The notes below the pieces were generated by a model. The model saw nothing but the letters and a program-made list of their open reading frames with translations, made no database searches and was not told where the DNA came from. From Basidiobolus meristosporus CBS 931.73 (taxonomy: Eukaryota > Fungi > Basidiobolomycota): 64,000 nucleotides of DNA. Positions 13,627 through 27,500 of this stretch are shown in pieces. Position numbers and translations under genes: made by a program. The DNA is taken from contig MCFE01000170.1 of assembly GCA_002104905.1 (NCBI GenBank), forward strand, positions 79,868 to 143,867. The letters run 5' to 3'. Positions within the stretch are counted from its first letter, which is position 1. Each line of letters begins with the position of its first letter.

Positions 13627-13975
13627 TGTTGTAAAAATTTGTATTTCCACCTAAATATTCACCTAACTTAGTCACTTATATCATTGCCTTCAAATCCTAG
13701 AGAATACTGACCAAATTCCTTGTTGGGATTTACTTAGAATATTTTCACCAAAATACCAGGTACCCAGAACATGACAATTCTCAAAGTTGTCCAAACAGCC
13801 CCAAACTTTGCACACGTGATCTTGGGACCTTCCTTAACCTATTCTATGTGTTTGTAATGCCAAGACCATGTAAAAGTATAAATACTACTTTTGCGTTCAA
13901 TAAATCATTAAGTGAAAACCACATAATCTACTTGTTCTCCCAATCACTTCCAATATCTCCAAGACTCTTACAACA
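13627..13975 (+). repeat. 5' LTR of copia (family L3)
   Basis: TGTTGTAAAA...CTCTTACAACA, followed directly by the PBS. Confidence 0.95.
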
Positions 13976-14006
13976 GGTTATGAGCCCCAAGCTGTCACTT
14001 GCTGCA

Positions 14007-17000
14007 ATGTCTACTACTGCTATTACTGGAATTCTTCCCTCTGCTGAAAAGTTGGACAGTTCTAACAACCATGTGTGGAAGGTGAAGATGAAGATGCTGC
14101 TATAAGAAAGAGGCCTTTGGGATATTGTCATGGGAGAAGAATGCCCTCCTAAAAATGTGGGAGAGGAAGCCTCAAAGTACCAGAAGAAAGAACAAAGTGC
14201 CTTTAACTACATTTGCCTTAGTGTTAAAGACAAATTGCTAATTAAATGCTCAAGAGCAAAAACGGCAAAGAATGCCTGGAAGGCATTAGAAGACACCTAC
14301 CAGTCATGTTCAGCTGCTAAGAAAATGTATCTGAGACAAAAATTCTTTACTACAAAGATGCTGCCAGGAGAAGAAATGAAAAATCTAATTAACAGAATTA
14401 CCCTGCTGGTAGATGAGATGGAATCTGTGGGTGTACCAACTACTGATGAGGATGTGATAGTTACCATCCTGAATAGCCTGACTGACAAGTTTCAGGGCCT
14501 TGTATCAGCCTTAGAGTCCAGAACTGAAGATTTGACCTGAAATTATGTATATGGAAAGCTCCTGGATGAAGAATTAAGAAAATCAAGCGCCAATAAGAAG
14601 GAAGAAGAAAATGCTTTAATAAGCAATGATAACCAACAAAGGAGGTACCCAAGAGCCTACAAAGGCAACAGCAACCTGTTTTGCAGCTACTGCAAAAGGA
14701 AAGGACACACATCAGACTGGTGTCTTGAAAAGAAAGATAATCAGCAAAAGAAGCCTGAATATTGAAATGCTGCTACAACTGAAGATAGACTATTCATATC
14801 TGCACTAAATATGACCACAAACAAGGATTCTCAGATGTGGTATATTGACTCTGGAGCATCTCAACACTTTACACACCAAAAAGAACTTTTTACCCAATAT
14901 CAAGAAATTCCAATCAAGAAGGTTTTCATGGGTGACAATAGAACACTTGATGCAGTGGGTGAAGGAACTATCCAAGTAAACCTTAGAAGCAGTGAAGGAA
15001 GCCATACACTGACCTTTAAAGAAGTACTCAATGTAACAGAAATAGCCAAGAACCTACTCTCAGTAAGCAAGGCCACAGCAGAAGGACTCAGTTTCAGTTT
15101 TGACAATTCTGGATGCAGGATCACTGATCAAGACGGTGCCCATATTGCTTTGGGCATCAGAGATCAGAATCTATACAGGTTGACTTATATTCCATCATAT
15201 TTAGAAGCCAATATAAGTAACTTAAATGAAGAAACACCAATGCTTTGGCATAGGAGATTTGGACACATTGATTTTGATTATTTGTGTAAAATGAACAAAG
15301 ATCAGCTAATTTCTGGAGTGAAAATTGATCCCCCAGCTAATTTGGAGCACTGTGAAGTCTGCATATATGGGAAACAAGCCAGACAACTGTTCAAGAGCTC
15401 TGGGTTAATCAAAACTAAGAAAAAATTAGTTCTAATTCACTCAGATCTGTGTGGACCTATGCAAAATTTATCCTTAGGCTGGATGAAGTATTTAAATAGT
15501 TTTAATGATGATGATACAAGATACACATGGGTCTACTTCATGGAGAGAAAGGAAGAAGCTCTGTTTAAGCTCAGGGAGTTTAAAGCCATGGTGGAGAGAG
15601 AAACTGGTGAAAAAATCAAGAAAATACACTCTGACAATGGTGGAGAATATACCTCAAAAATCTTCATCCACTTCTGCAAAATTCATGGGATAAAGCAACA
15701 GACTACTGTACCATACTCCCCACAGCAAAATGGAGTAGCAGAACAAGCTAACAGATCAATAATTGATATGTTAAGATCTATGATCCGTGATCAAAAATTA
15801 TCCTATGATTTTTGAGCGGAATCAGTTGCCACTGCTGTATACCTTAAAAATAGGAGTTATAACAGAATACTTCGTGATTCTACTCCATTTGAAGCATAGT
15901 ATGGATACAGACCAGGTACATAACATCTAAGAATATTTGGGTGTACAGCATATGGCAAAAAACTGGCCGGAAATCAGTAAAAATTTGAGCCAAAAAGTGT
16001 AAAATGCATATTTTTGGGCTACTGCAAAGAGAGTGAAGCATACAGACTCTACAATACCAAAGCAAAGAAGCTGATCAAGTCCAGGGATGTGTTGTTTGAT
16101 GAAAACTCAAAATTTTCACAAAAAATGACATCAGATGATGACAAAAATTTGATCTCAAGTCCACCAATTGTCAGGATTGAATCAGAGCAAAACAATGAAA
16201 ATTTTTTCACTCCAGAGGACTCTACAACCGTGGTTCAGCCAGAATCAGTGCCCAGGAATATCCCAGAAGTGATCATTCCAGTATCAAATGCCCAGAGATC
16301 CAATTGGACAAGAAATAGCCCAAATTACTCTATCAATGAGGGTACAAACTTAGCCTATGCCTATTCAGTCCATATTGATGAGCACCAGACTGTAAAAGAG
16401 GCCTTAAATAGCCCTTGGACAAAGTTTTGGAGATCTGCAATGACTGAGGAATATCAGGCCCTGATGGAAAATCAAACTTGGGACTTAGTCAAATTACCAA
16501 TCAACCAAAATTCAATTGGATGCAGATGGGTCTTCAAGACAAAATACAAGGCTGATGGTACAACTGAAAGATACAAAGCTAGACTTGTAGCCAAAGGATA
16601 CTCTCAAACCAAAGGATTTGACTATACTGAGACCTTTGCACCGGTAGCCAAGTTTAATTCCATCAGATTAATATTGGCTATTGCAGCCAAATGTAAGTTT
16701 TTTATTCATCAAATGGATGTAAAAACTGCATTTTTGAATGGAGAACTTGATGAGGATGTTTGTATGGACCAGCCTGATGGGTTTGTCAACCAAGATAACC
16801 CCCATTTGGTCTGCAAGCTTAAAAAGTCACTATATGGTCGCAAACAACCACCAAGAGCCTGGAATTGCAATATAGATTCTTATTTGGAATCTTTGAGTTT
16901 CAGAAGAAGTAATGCTGACTATAGTATATACTATAAGCCTGATAGAGCAAATCCAGTTCTATTAGCTCTATATGTGGCTGATCTTATTATAGCCGCCAAT

Positions 17001-17951
17001 AACCTAGAAACATTGGAAGAGACCAAATCCAGCCTATCTAAGGAGTTCAAGATGTCCAATCTAGGAGAGCTTAGTTACTACTTAGGGATTAAGTTCTCCA
17101 TAGACAGAAGTACCCAGACTATCACCCTAAGCCAATCCAAGTATATTCAAGATATACTAAAGAAGTACAAAATGGAAGACTGTAAACTGGCAGCTACCCC
17201 AATGGAGACAAACCTTAGCTTGGTCAAAACTCAACCAAATCAAGAGAGCTTGGTGCCATCTGAAAGCCCTGACTTTCCTTATCAATCTATGGTTGGCAGT
17301 CTGATGTATATCATGCTTGGAACACGTCCAGATATCTCATATTCAGTGGGAGTTGTCAGCCAACATAATCAGAACTATGGATCTGATCATATTGCAGCAG
17401 TTAAGCGGATTTTTAGATACCTAAAAGGAACTACTGATATCTGCTTAAGATACACTTATAAGGATTCAGAACAGGATCTTGTGGGATACTCTGATGCTGA
17501 TTGAGGACAAAATTTAGAAGACAGAAGATCCACCACAGGATACACCTTTCTTTACTGTAAAGGAGCAATTTCATGGAATTCAAGAAAGCAACCAACTGTA
17601 GCGCTTTCCACCACAGAGGCAGAATATATGGCAGCCTGTGAAGCTACAAAAGAAGCAATGTGGTTAAGAAAGCTTTTTACAGATTTAGGCCTATGTCAAA
17701 AAACGCCTATTACTTTCTTTCAACATAATAAAGGATGTATACAATTAGATAGAAATCCAACTTTTCATGCTAGAACCAAGCACATAGATATTAGTTATCA
17801 TTTCATATGTGAAGCTATAGAGAATAACTTAGCTAGCTTAGTTTACTGTCCTACAGATGAAATGATTGCAGACATATTTACCAAACCATTAGCTAGAGAC
17901 AAGTTTGAATATCTTAGGTCAAAATTAGGACTAGTCAGTATGAACATTTAG
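14007..17951 (+). pseudogene. copia gag-pol (gag, Zn knuckle, protease, GAG-pre-integrase, integrase, RT, RNase H) with premature stops
   Basis: WYIDSGASQH; LWHRRFGH; HSDLCGPM; SDNGGEY; YKARLVAKGYSQ; HQMDVKTAFLNG; LYVADL; ADIFTKPL. Stops at about 14103, 14538, 15813, 15898 and 17502. Confidence 0.95.
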
Positions 17952-17962
17952 CTGAGTGGGAG

Positions 17963-18311
17963 TGTTGTAAAAATTTGTATTTCCACCTAAATATTCACCT
18001 AACTTAGTCACTTAGATCATCACCTTCAAATCCTAAAGAATACTGACCAAATTCCTTGTTGGGATTTACTTAGAATATTTTCAGCAAAATACCAGGTACC
18101 CAGAACATGAAAATTCTCAAAGTTGTCCAAACAGCCCCAAACTTTGCACACATGTTCTTGGGACCTTCCTTAACCTATTCTATGTGTTTGTAATGCCAAG
18201 ATCATGTAAAAGTATAAATACTACTTTTACATTCAATTAATCATTAAGTGAAAACCACATAATCTACTTGTTCTCCAAATCACTTCCAATATCTCCAAGA
18301 CTCTTACAACA
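17963..18311 (+). repeat. 3' LTR of copia (family L3)
   Basis: Follows the PPT; ends CAACA then TSD ACTTA. Confidence 0.95.
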
Positions 18312-19034
18312 ACTTATGCATTAGTTGTAAGACAGATTGTTGTTTCCTTTGAGGGGTCCTGAGTACCTCTTTTGTTGTTTATCATTGCTTATTAAAGTAT
18401 TTTCTTCTTCCTTCTTATTTGCACTTGATTGCCTTAATTCTTCATCCTGGAGCCTTATATATGCATAATTTAAGGCAAAATCTTCATTTTTGGACTCTAG
18501 GGCTGATACAAGGCTCAGCAATTTGGTTGTCAGGCTATTCAGGATGGCAACTATAGCATTTTCATCAGTAGTTGGTGTGCTTACAGGTTCCATATCATCA
18601 ACCAACAGGGTAATTCTGTTAATTAGATTTTTCATTTCTTCTCCTGGCAGGATCTTTGTAGCAAGGAATTCTCTTCTAAGATGCATTTTCTTGGTAGCTG
18701 AACATGACTGGTAGATGTCTTCTAATACCTTCCAGGAATTCTTTGCTGCTTTTGCTCTTGAGCATTGAATTATTAATTTGTCTTTGACATTAAAGCAACT
18801 GTAGTTAAAGGCACACTGTTCTTACTTCTAGTACTTAAAGGCTTCTTCTCTGACATTTTTGGGAGAGCATTCTTCTCCCATAACCATATCCCCAAGGTCT
18901 TTTTCTTGTAGCAGCATCTTCATCTTCACCTTCCACGCTTAGTAGTATGATCCATCCAACTTTTCAGTACAGGGAAAGTTCCAGTAATGGCAGTAGAAGA
19001 CATTGCAGAGAGTGACAGCTTGGGGCTCATAACC

Positions 19035-19381
19035 TGTTGTAAGAGCCTTGGAGATATTGGAAGTGATGAGGAGAACAAGTAGATTATGTGGATTTCACTT
19101 AATGATGTATTGAATATAAAGTAGTATTTATAGTTTTACATGGTCCTGGTAGAATAACCACATAGAATATGCTTAGGAAGGTCACAAAAGCATATACACA
19201 AAGTTTGGGGCTGTTTGGACAACTTTGCAAACTTCATGTTCTGGGTACCTGATGTTTTGGTGAAAATATTCCAGGTAAATTCTAACATGTAATTTGGTCA
19301 GTATTCCCTAAGATCTATAGGTAATAATCCAAGTGATTTAGTTGGGTGAATATTTAGTTGGAATTAAAAGCTTTTACAACA
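19035..19381 (-). repeat. 5' LTR of the older copia copy (family L3, diverged)
   Basis: Reverse complement of the L3 LTR, adjacent to the PBS. Confidence 0.9.
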
Positions 19382-21592
19382 CGTTTCTGACTCACCTACC
19401 CTGAGAAAAAAATTGAGAAAAGGCTAGTAGAAAATCAACATAATATCTGCTGAGTTCCAAGTTTCACAAAACTGACAACTGTAAATATCTCAGGTACTAG
19501 CTGTTAGGCAAACAAGCAGAAACATTTTCCAGTAGGAGACTAGGTCAGCTAGCACTCATACAAAGTTTAGTAATCAGCTGCTTATTACTTCCACCAAAAA
19601 TTGCCACTGAAAATTTGAAGGAAAAATACCAGCTGAATACTAGCTGACTATTGGCAGAATACCAGCAGAATACCAGCTGAAAATCAGGTGAATTTCAAGT
19701 TTGTGATTTCTCATAGGGCTAGTTGGCAAACATATTAAAAACAAAATTCGAGATATTCCAGTGATGTAAACAAAGGCTTGAATGTCAGGGAGTTGGCTAA
19801 CTTGGTATGAAGTATAGCTGGGTGATATATTGGGGTAGTAACACAGTATAAGATCAGTAGATGCCCATCTCAATGTCCATCAGAGTAAAGTGAGGTAAAG
19901 ATTCTTCAATGTAGTCAATAGATGACATCACTCGATGGGAATGGCAGCCACGTTGCATGTGACCTGCGGAAAGCCCTTTATAGCGGGCCTACCAACCAAG
20001 AGTCGATGGTATAGAGTTTCCCAGCCCAAGGTTTCCAAAATCCCAATTATGCAGACAGACAATGCATGTATGATCCAAACAGATCAGTTGGCTCAGGGTG
20101 GCTATGAGGATGCGGGAAGCCTTTTGGCATTTATAGTAAGCAGTTCTGGATTGGGAAATGGTGCAGATATTTAGATCAATACTTAAAATAACCCATAGCA
20201 TGGGTTCCGATGCATGCTTGATCAAGCTCCGGTGCAACCTAACTACTCCTAAAAAGGACTAGTGGGTGGTCAGTTTAGATGCCTAGCAAAATATCTGGCT
20301 AGACATTTACGTCAGTGAAGTTGCTCAGGTGAGATTTTCATGCATGCCAATCAGCCACGTACGGCGACCATGTACAAGGACATCGCACACTGGAATCGGC
20401 GGGCGGTGGGCGGTGGGCGGTGGGCGATGGCTGCTCCGGAAAACCCACCTAGTTGCACATGTCGATATGGTCTAGATGGGTCGATGGAGGTTGTGGGCCA
20501 CAGACTCTAAACCTTCCAGGACCAATGACCACGTACATTGCTGGACGTCGATGTGGATTGTTGGCTACACATCCAAAGCCATTTCTCAGTAACTCATCTA
20601 CCGTCGAGGTGGTTGTCTGATAGCAATCGCCAGCATTGTACACAAACATGTTTTACCGGCACCAGTGGGCGAACGGCTGTGGCCGGTACTCACCCTGTGG
20701 TAGGTTATACACATGACTAATGGCAGACAGATGCAGCACTGTTGCCAGCAGTTTTCTCAGTCACCCAAGTCGGGACATATGGGGATAGATTCAGTCCCAA
20801 TCCGGTATCATATGGTATAAGGCTGACTCATCGGGCGAGCGGGGGCGCGATTGGCTGATGCCACTTGCTAATCAAGCTAAGACCAAATCCCTTAAACAAG
20901 TAAAAGCTGCTATGTTGAAACTTTCCAACATCTAGACTAGACAGCATCAATTAGTACAAGCCTACATGTGGCTAGGAAGCCAATCAATGTTCCCGTGGGA
21001 TTTTCTTATTTCTGAATCATGCTTGCGGCCCGCCTCTGCAACACCCAGCCAACCAGCAATCCATGGCCCCAACAAATGATCTGTCCATCCGGATGCATTT
21101 GTTCTTCATGAGCCGATTCCATATGAGCACCACCCATCGATACGGATCGGTCATTTACAAAGCGAGGTATACAGGAACCAACTGTAGCGGTAGACAACCG
21201 CCCATTGTTTTCCAGCTCGTCAATGGCCATCGACTACAGACAAGCATTATGGAATACATAGCAACCCTGTTTACCCTTTGCAGTGGTTAGCTCCACCCGA
21301 TAGGGTGAGAAATATGCCTATGTTTTGGTAGGTGGAGAGATTTAATCATCACAGTCAGATTTACCATCATCCAATATGGTAATCCAGGTGTCCAGGTGTG
21401 ACTGAATATCCAATTTGTTAGTGCATGAACGTTATCAGTATTTGGTGCACTTCAATGTTGGGTTAGATATACTCTCTCTTTACGAAGTTCAGTCTCTTCT
21501 CAAACCCTTTACAATACAGTCCCCCGATAGTTTACATCCTTCCAGTAAACTTGCTGTTGAAACCCAACCTGTTTGGGTGTCCCTCATCCTAA

Positions 21593-24500
21593 ATGAATTC
21601 CCTCTTATCTTTGAACCCTCTTTCCTCCCGCTTGTCCATTCGGAGGCCGTTCGGTAGGAAAAGCCCTCGTCAATTGACCTCCACCAGCAACCGACCCGAG
21701 CCTTCCACATCTAGCGCTCTCCCGATTCTCCCCCCTGAACAAATCAGCAGCGAGCCGCCTGCACCTGTAATGCCAGAAGTTTTCGGCAACTCACCAAATC
21801 GATTTAATCTCGCTCGAATCCTCCCAGGCCGGGAGAGAGAGGCCATTCCCCTCACACCGGAAAATCGCTTAGAGAAGTTATTGAAGAAAGCCAAGCCATT
21901 TTTTGACGAGCGTGCTAAGCCTAGGCTCCGGTTTTTGGCGCTATGGAATCTTCTTGGTATGCTTTCAACGTAGTGTTCTATTGGAAACACGACACCCCGG
22001 GTCTTTATATGGCACTTACGGTTTTTGTCAAACGAAGATGTTGCAGATGATTTGGATCAGGCAGTGTTTTTTCAGGAGCATGCGGATAAGATTTACTCAG
22101 CTGTCTATTGCTCGTTCATTGCACAGTCCGATAAGATTCGAAGTAAGTGCTTCCCAAACCCTTTCGATTCTCAGCCGGTGATATACACCTTCAGCCCTTT
22201 CCTCTCTATCTGACTCCTCACTCAATCCCTCTCAAATACTTAGAGCGAGCAGAGAGGCCAAATTCCTTTAACTCCAAAGATATGGTAACTCTAATCAAAA
22301 TTCTGATGCTTTTACGGAAAATCTTCCTTCTGTTGCCTGACAAAATCCGACAGCGTTGGCATCAGAAAGAAATAGGTATGGTTTCCTGACGCGTCTCCTT
22401 GACAATCGGCCCTCTAACACCCCACATTCATATACGCCTATTAGCACACGTCTTGACCCAAATACTGAGTAGTGGAAATCATTACAAACTTCGAGAGATC
22501 GGGCTACGCCTGTTGCTGATATGGATCAATGTGCAAAGCGCTGAAACCCCAGAGAGTCGGGAGTTGTACCGGAACGCGGTTCCGCTTGGAATTTTCTTTC
22601 AGGAACTGGGTCGATCGGACTTGGTATTGCACCAGGAAACGATTGGCGACCTTAGCTGCATTCCGATCTATCCCGCAACCCACTTTCTACAGATCTCCGA
22701 AGTTGGGGAACTGATCCAGCTCATTCTCGACAATATTACGTATCTGGCCCATGTCGCGGCAGGCTCCACCCCTCCGTGCGACAAAATACGAATTTTAGAG
22801 ACAGACGACATAGAGAGCGGCGTGGCGGTTGGGGTTGGGATTGATGCGGCGTACGCATCCGCAAAGCTTATGTTCGAGCTGTTCAAGCAGCATTACTTGG
22901 TAAAGCTGTTTCCACAGTGCGCCAGGCGGCTTGAGCTGATCGATATTCCCAGAGACCAAGGTTTGTTCTTCGTGACGAGTGCCGGATTCGATTTGACGAT
23001 ATCTTATTCAAGCCTTCCTGCTCATTAGCATTCGGGTTCCCGAGCTGCCCCCCTTCCGCTTTGCATAAGTTGGTCAGCTTCTTGGTGGAGCACTGTGTTG
23101 ACGAGTTGAAAGGGAACCCAAAAACCACCACTTCCCCTGCTTGCCCGATTCTAAAAACCATCGTCCTTGGGTCCCCGGCGAACCGAGAATTCATTCATGA
23201 CATCATCGCCAATGCACTGTCGTTACCTATCCAGGATCTGCAGAATCTGGAGAGTGCGCGTGGGGCTGCTTATATACTGGCGGTGTGGATGTTGAGTGGG
23301 GTAAGATCAGCATTGTAAAAGCCCGATTGAAGGATGCCAACTGATGTTCCTCGTCAGGACAACGAACGCCCCTCCTTTCTACGCCGTAGCAGCAAAGCTA
23401 ACACGGATCTATTGGATGTTCCTGGCACATCGGGCGATGGCACTTTTGCCCAAGCCAACAGCTATCTGCGGCAATACTTTAGCATGCTAGTATCGGTCCT
23501 TGAGACCGGGTTTGAAAGCTACAACAACAATACGAAGCAGGAGATCCTGATACGAGAGGTTCTATCTATATTCAGAGCGGTGTCGCAGAATGGAACCATC
23601 CAGTTGGAGGAGGAAACTTGGTAATTGATAGATTCCCAACCAACTGTAAAGGGCTCACTAACGCAGAGAATCACATCTTGTAGGGAGAGTCTGCTCGTGC
23701 TTCTGGTGAATTCTTTCATCGTTTTCGCCACGAAAGCGCGGGAAGTACCCAACTGTGATCTGCCCGATGACTTGGTGAACTACTTCATCGAGGTAAGAAG
23801 GGATAGAGTGATTGAGTTGTTAGTCACCGTAATTGACCATGTGCCTCTCTCAGACATTGTTTTTTGTATGGGGGCGATCAATGACCCATAACGAAAGACT
23901 CTGGAGTAAGCTGAATACGGAGATTCTGAAGACCCCAAGATGGATTCAAACCGTTACCCAGTGGAGGGTAAGGTGGCCCAGCTATTTGGTTGTGGATCAT
24001 GGCCACTCACAGAGATATCTTGGAAACGGTTGTGTAGAGCATTATGAACCAGCTGGTGCGTATACTTGGCGAGGTATACTACGAAACCGATTACGAGCAC
24101 AGACAACCACGGAAAGCTCGACCGCGGCCTGCCAGTATAGCAGTAGTGGTTCGGAAATCATCTCGACCTGCCTCCAGTGTTGTTGAGGCTGTCGGGCGAG
24201 ATGAGGCGACTCTAACTGTATACAGCCACCTCTCTGGCACCAGCAACGATACAAGGAGGATACAAAACGATGCGAACGTCAGCGTAAGGCGGAGCTCCTC
24301 ACATCTGAGACTGTTCAATCCAGATTTGAATAGCACCAACCCTGACAAAAGCCATCCAAATGAGAATGCACTTGCCTCTCTCAAGGTTCGTTTGATCTGA
24401 TCACTGCTATCGAACATTGTTTTAACAGGATTGGGGTCCATAGGCGCTGATGCCAGTGTTCACCGATCAGCAGATCGATAACACCAGTCCAATCAACCGC

Positions 24501-27500
24501 AGGTAGGTGTTGCATAGATTTGTGTTGGCTCGAGTGCCAAGTTGCTCACCAGCCCTAATACCACTGCTGCATTCAGGCTTACCATGGAATTCGCCAACAT
24601 TGAAGACTCTGGATTCACTCATCTTTCCACCCTAAACTGGAGCAAAGAGGCGATTGCCTCGATGTGGAAAAATTTCTTGCACCTTTTAGGAAATCCAAAC
24701 GAGATTACAGTATGGTTATTCGGCTGATCCTTCTTTGGGCGCTGCTAACGTGCACTCTGCCTTCAATTGTCCCAGGACCCTACTGCACACACCAATGCCA
24801 TCCGTTGCCTTGTAGAAATGTGGGATGTCCTCGCGCAGGTTCTTCAAATTTTTCGTACTTTTACTCAGCCGGAAAGTGTCTGATGGATATTGATGTTTGC
24901 CAGATCCGTTCCGAGCAGGCCTTTACGGCCCCATACAAGCCAAATCTATTCGAGTTTGCGCCATGGATTTTCCAGGCCTCCGAAATGTCTTCGTAATCGC
25001 ACCCACATATCGCTTAGATTCACCACTTGGGCTCACAGACAGGTTTTGTAGGGTTTTCAGAGAGGGGCATCTTTTAGCCTTTGGGTGTGTCTGCCGGATG
25101 CTATGTCACCTGCAAGAAGACAAAATAGCCGATGTGTACTACGCCAACTTCTATCGCATTTTACTTCGGGTAATGCTGCGTTGGGCATGCAATCATTTCT
25201 TAACACTCAGCTAAAGCTCTAACCACCCACAGGGATTGAGTATCCAAGATAACGAGCTGCACCATTTGCTCTTTGTCAATTGCCGGAAACTGTTTGGGCT
25301 GGCATTACCTGGTTGCCCTACGGTAATACCAGCTTTCCTGTCTACGATCAAGAAGACCGTAGGTGATTCTTTGTATTACTGGAAACGTTGAAAGATACTG
25401 AGCCTGTTTTTCAATAGTTAAACTCCAGTGCTAGATACATGGCCCACTATGTGAACGAGCCGATGTGCCAGAACGCCGTCACGATTCTCCTCTCGGTACT
25501 CTGTTTCCCCAACCAATTCCCTACCCTGCGGATTCCCAATGTTTTCGTCAAAAATACTTCCCCCACTGATATCAAGCTGCTCGAATATTACGATGCTCAA
25601 GAGGTACATCCCATGCCAGTAGCCCCACGTTATTCTCGACTTACCCGATGTATCGTAGCTCAAAAACGAGTTGGAGCACACCCTTTTCTCTTGCCTGTCG
25701 GAAACGAAGAAACTCTACCGACTTTCAGACAAAACCGCCCAGACACACTCCATGTTGCTGAACGGCGTATGTGTTCTAGCATTTGATGAGCTTCTCACCA
25801 ACCCTAGGTTAGTATTTAGTGTCAACCGTTGTCTTTCGATATTGATGACTGGCAACATCTGACGTCGTACTGTCTAGCCCGTCCGCTTCAATGATTCAAT
25901 TATGCGTTCAATCGATCTTGGAACACCTGTATTGCCATGTATTCTCGGTAGTTATCAACGTTATCGAATGCCTGTACACATTCTCAGGGTATACCGAGAA
26001 ACTACGTGTCATCAACCAGGTAAGAACAATCTTATATTCATGGCCGCGACTGACTAACACAGCTCCATGTATAAAGAGTATGGTTTACGACATAATCGGG
26101 AACCTTATTAGCGCCATTGATGAGTATATTGAGGTCGTGAATGGTGACACGATCTCCGAAACAGGTACAGCTCCTGCGATGCAATGCACCATCTACACTT
26201 ACTGAAGTACCTCGGTATTGCAGGGTTCATCGTTGCTAGACTATTTTACTGCCTTTTGGAGTGGATCATGTACTCCCCATCAGAGTTCATGTCGCATTCA
26301 GGGCTGCGCCAGATGATATTCGTCACATTGGAAAAAGCGATTCAGCTCGAAGTACCCGAGAAAACGGACTTCGACCTACAGACTCACAAAATCAGAGGTT
26401 ACCGGAATTTCAGCGAAATCTCTTATTCGTACACTGCCCGGACCACCACCACCCTACCCAAAAGCCCCAATGAGAAGGGGGAGCATAGCGGCAGCAAAGA
26501 GAAACTCGCCTCCAATATTATTCAAGTAAGATCTCCGCGTACATTAAGAAGTCGCCAAGGGCTTACGGAACTCTGATTAGGAATCTGGAGAAATCGTTCT
26601 CGCGCATCTTTTGAATTATTTCAGCAACCAGTCACAGGGAGCCTCCTCGGCGCAAGGGTTTGTGTGGTACGATGGCTTGTTGTTTGGCCAATATATACTC
26701 ACTCCTGTTAGATCCAGCACGTTGCCTGAGGCTGTTGAAACCTCAGAAACGCCCCAAACTAATGGAGAGAATGTCGCTCACTTCATATACAACAACAACA
26801 CTCTCCTCACCTTGCTGAGATCACCAAACGGCGATGGAGGTAAGAGCTAAAGCCGGATATTTCAAACAACCTGCTGACCTCATGCTTCCAGAGGTGAAAA
26901 TATTCGCTCGAAATATGACCGGAAAATACACCTGGGACCCACGAGTCTTCTATGAGGCACCGTTACCAGATTTACCAGATGTTAGCGCTAATCATCAAAC
27001 ATCTCAAGCCCCGGAAGCTTTCATTGGCTCTACTGAGCCAACTCTCAAGGAGGAACCAGAAAGGTATTTCTCGGTAACTTCCTGAACTCTACGACTCTCG
27101 ATTGACTGTGATCGGTTTCCAAATTAGCCCCGATTGCGGTCCTGAAGTTATATCTGAGCAGGCATCTAGACCCAAGTCGGACGATCCTTGCGATTATCCA
27201 CTGCCTCCCTCGCCCGCTAGCTCCCAAGATCCAGAATCCGACATTTCGGCCAAGGAAGGTGGCTCATCTTTCTCAGACGCCAGCCCCACAAGGTAACCTA
27301 TGAATGCGCCCTCTTCACAAGCACCCATACTAACCATACTGTCATCAAAGCGATCCTATCGAGTCCGCAACTGATCCTTTCCCGACGGTGACGGCTCGGC
27401 CAGAGAGAGCATCTACACTGCAACGCCAGAAAACGCTACTCCTAAGCCACTTGGGAATGCTAAATCAAAACATCACCGGGGAGGAGACGTTCATTCACCT

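Larger units (their letters stand above)
13627..18311 (+). mobile_element. Full-length Ty1/copia LTR retrotransposon (4685 bp) with 5-bp TSD ACTTA
   Basis: 349-bp LTRs at 13627-13975 and 17963-18311 differ at about 13 positions by eye. PBS GGTTATGAGCCC at 13976; PPT GCTGAGTGGGAG at 17951-17962; ACTTA on both sides. Confidence 0.97.
12500..19381 (-). mobile_element. Older copia copy (5' LTR 19035-19381, PBS, gag, protease, integrase remnants), interrupted by the younger copy at 13627-18311
   Basis: PBS reverse complement GGGGCTCATAACC at 19022-19034. Gag 18321..18686 matches the young gag. Protease region 13331..13552 and integrase remnants (CGPMQ..FIDDYTRY) lie at 12.7-12.9 kb. 3' end not found. 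Confidence 0.85.

Noticed and set aside
19620-19690. Short CCAGC(T/A)GAA repeats, CRISPR-like or iteron-like
   Set aside because: Irregular, no spacers, eukaryotic context; probably TE subterminal repeats.
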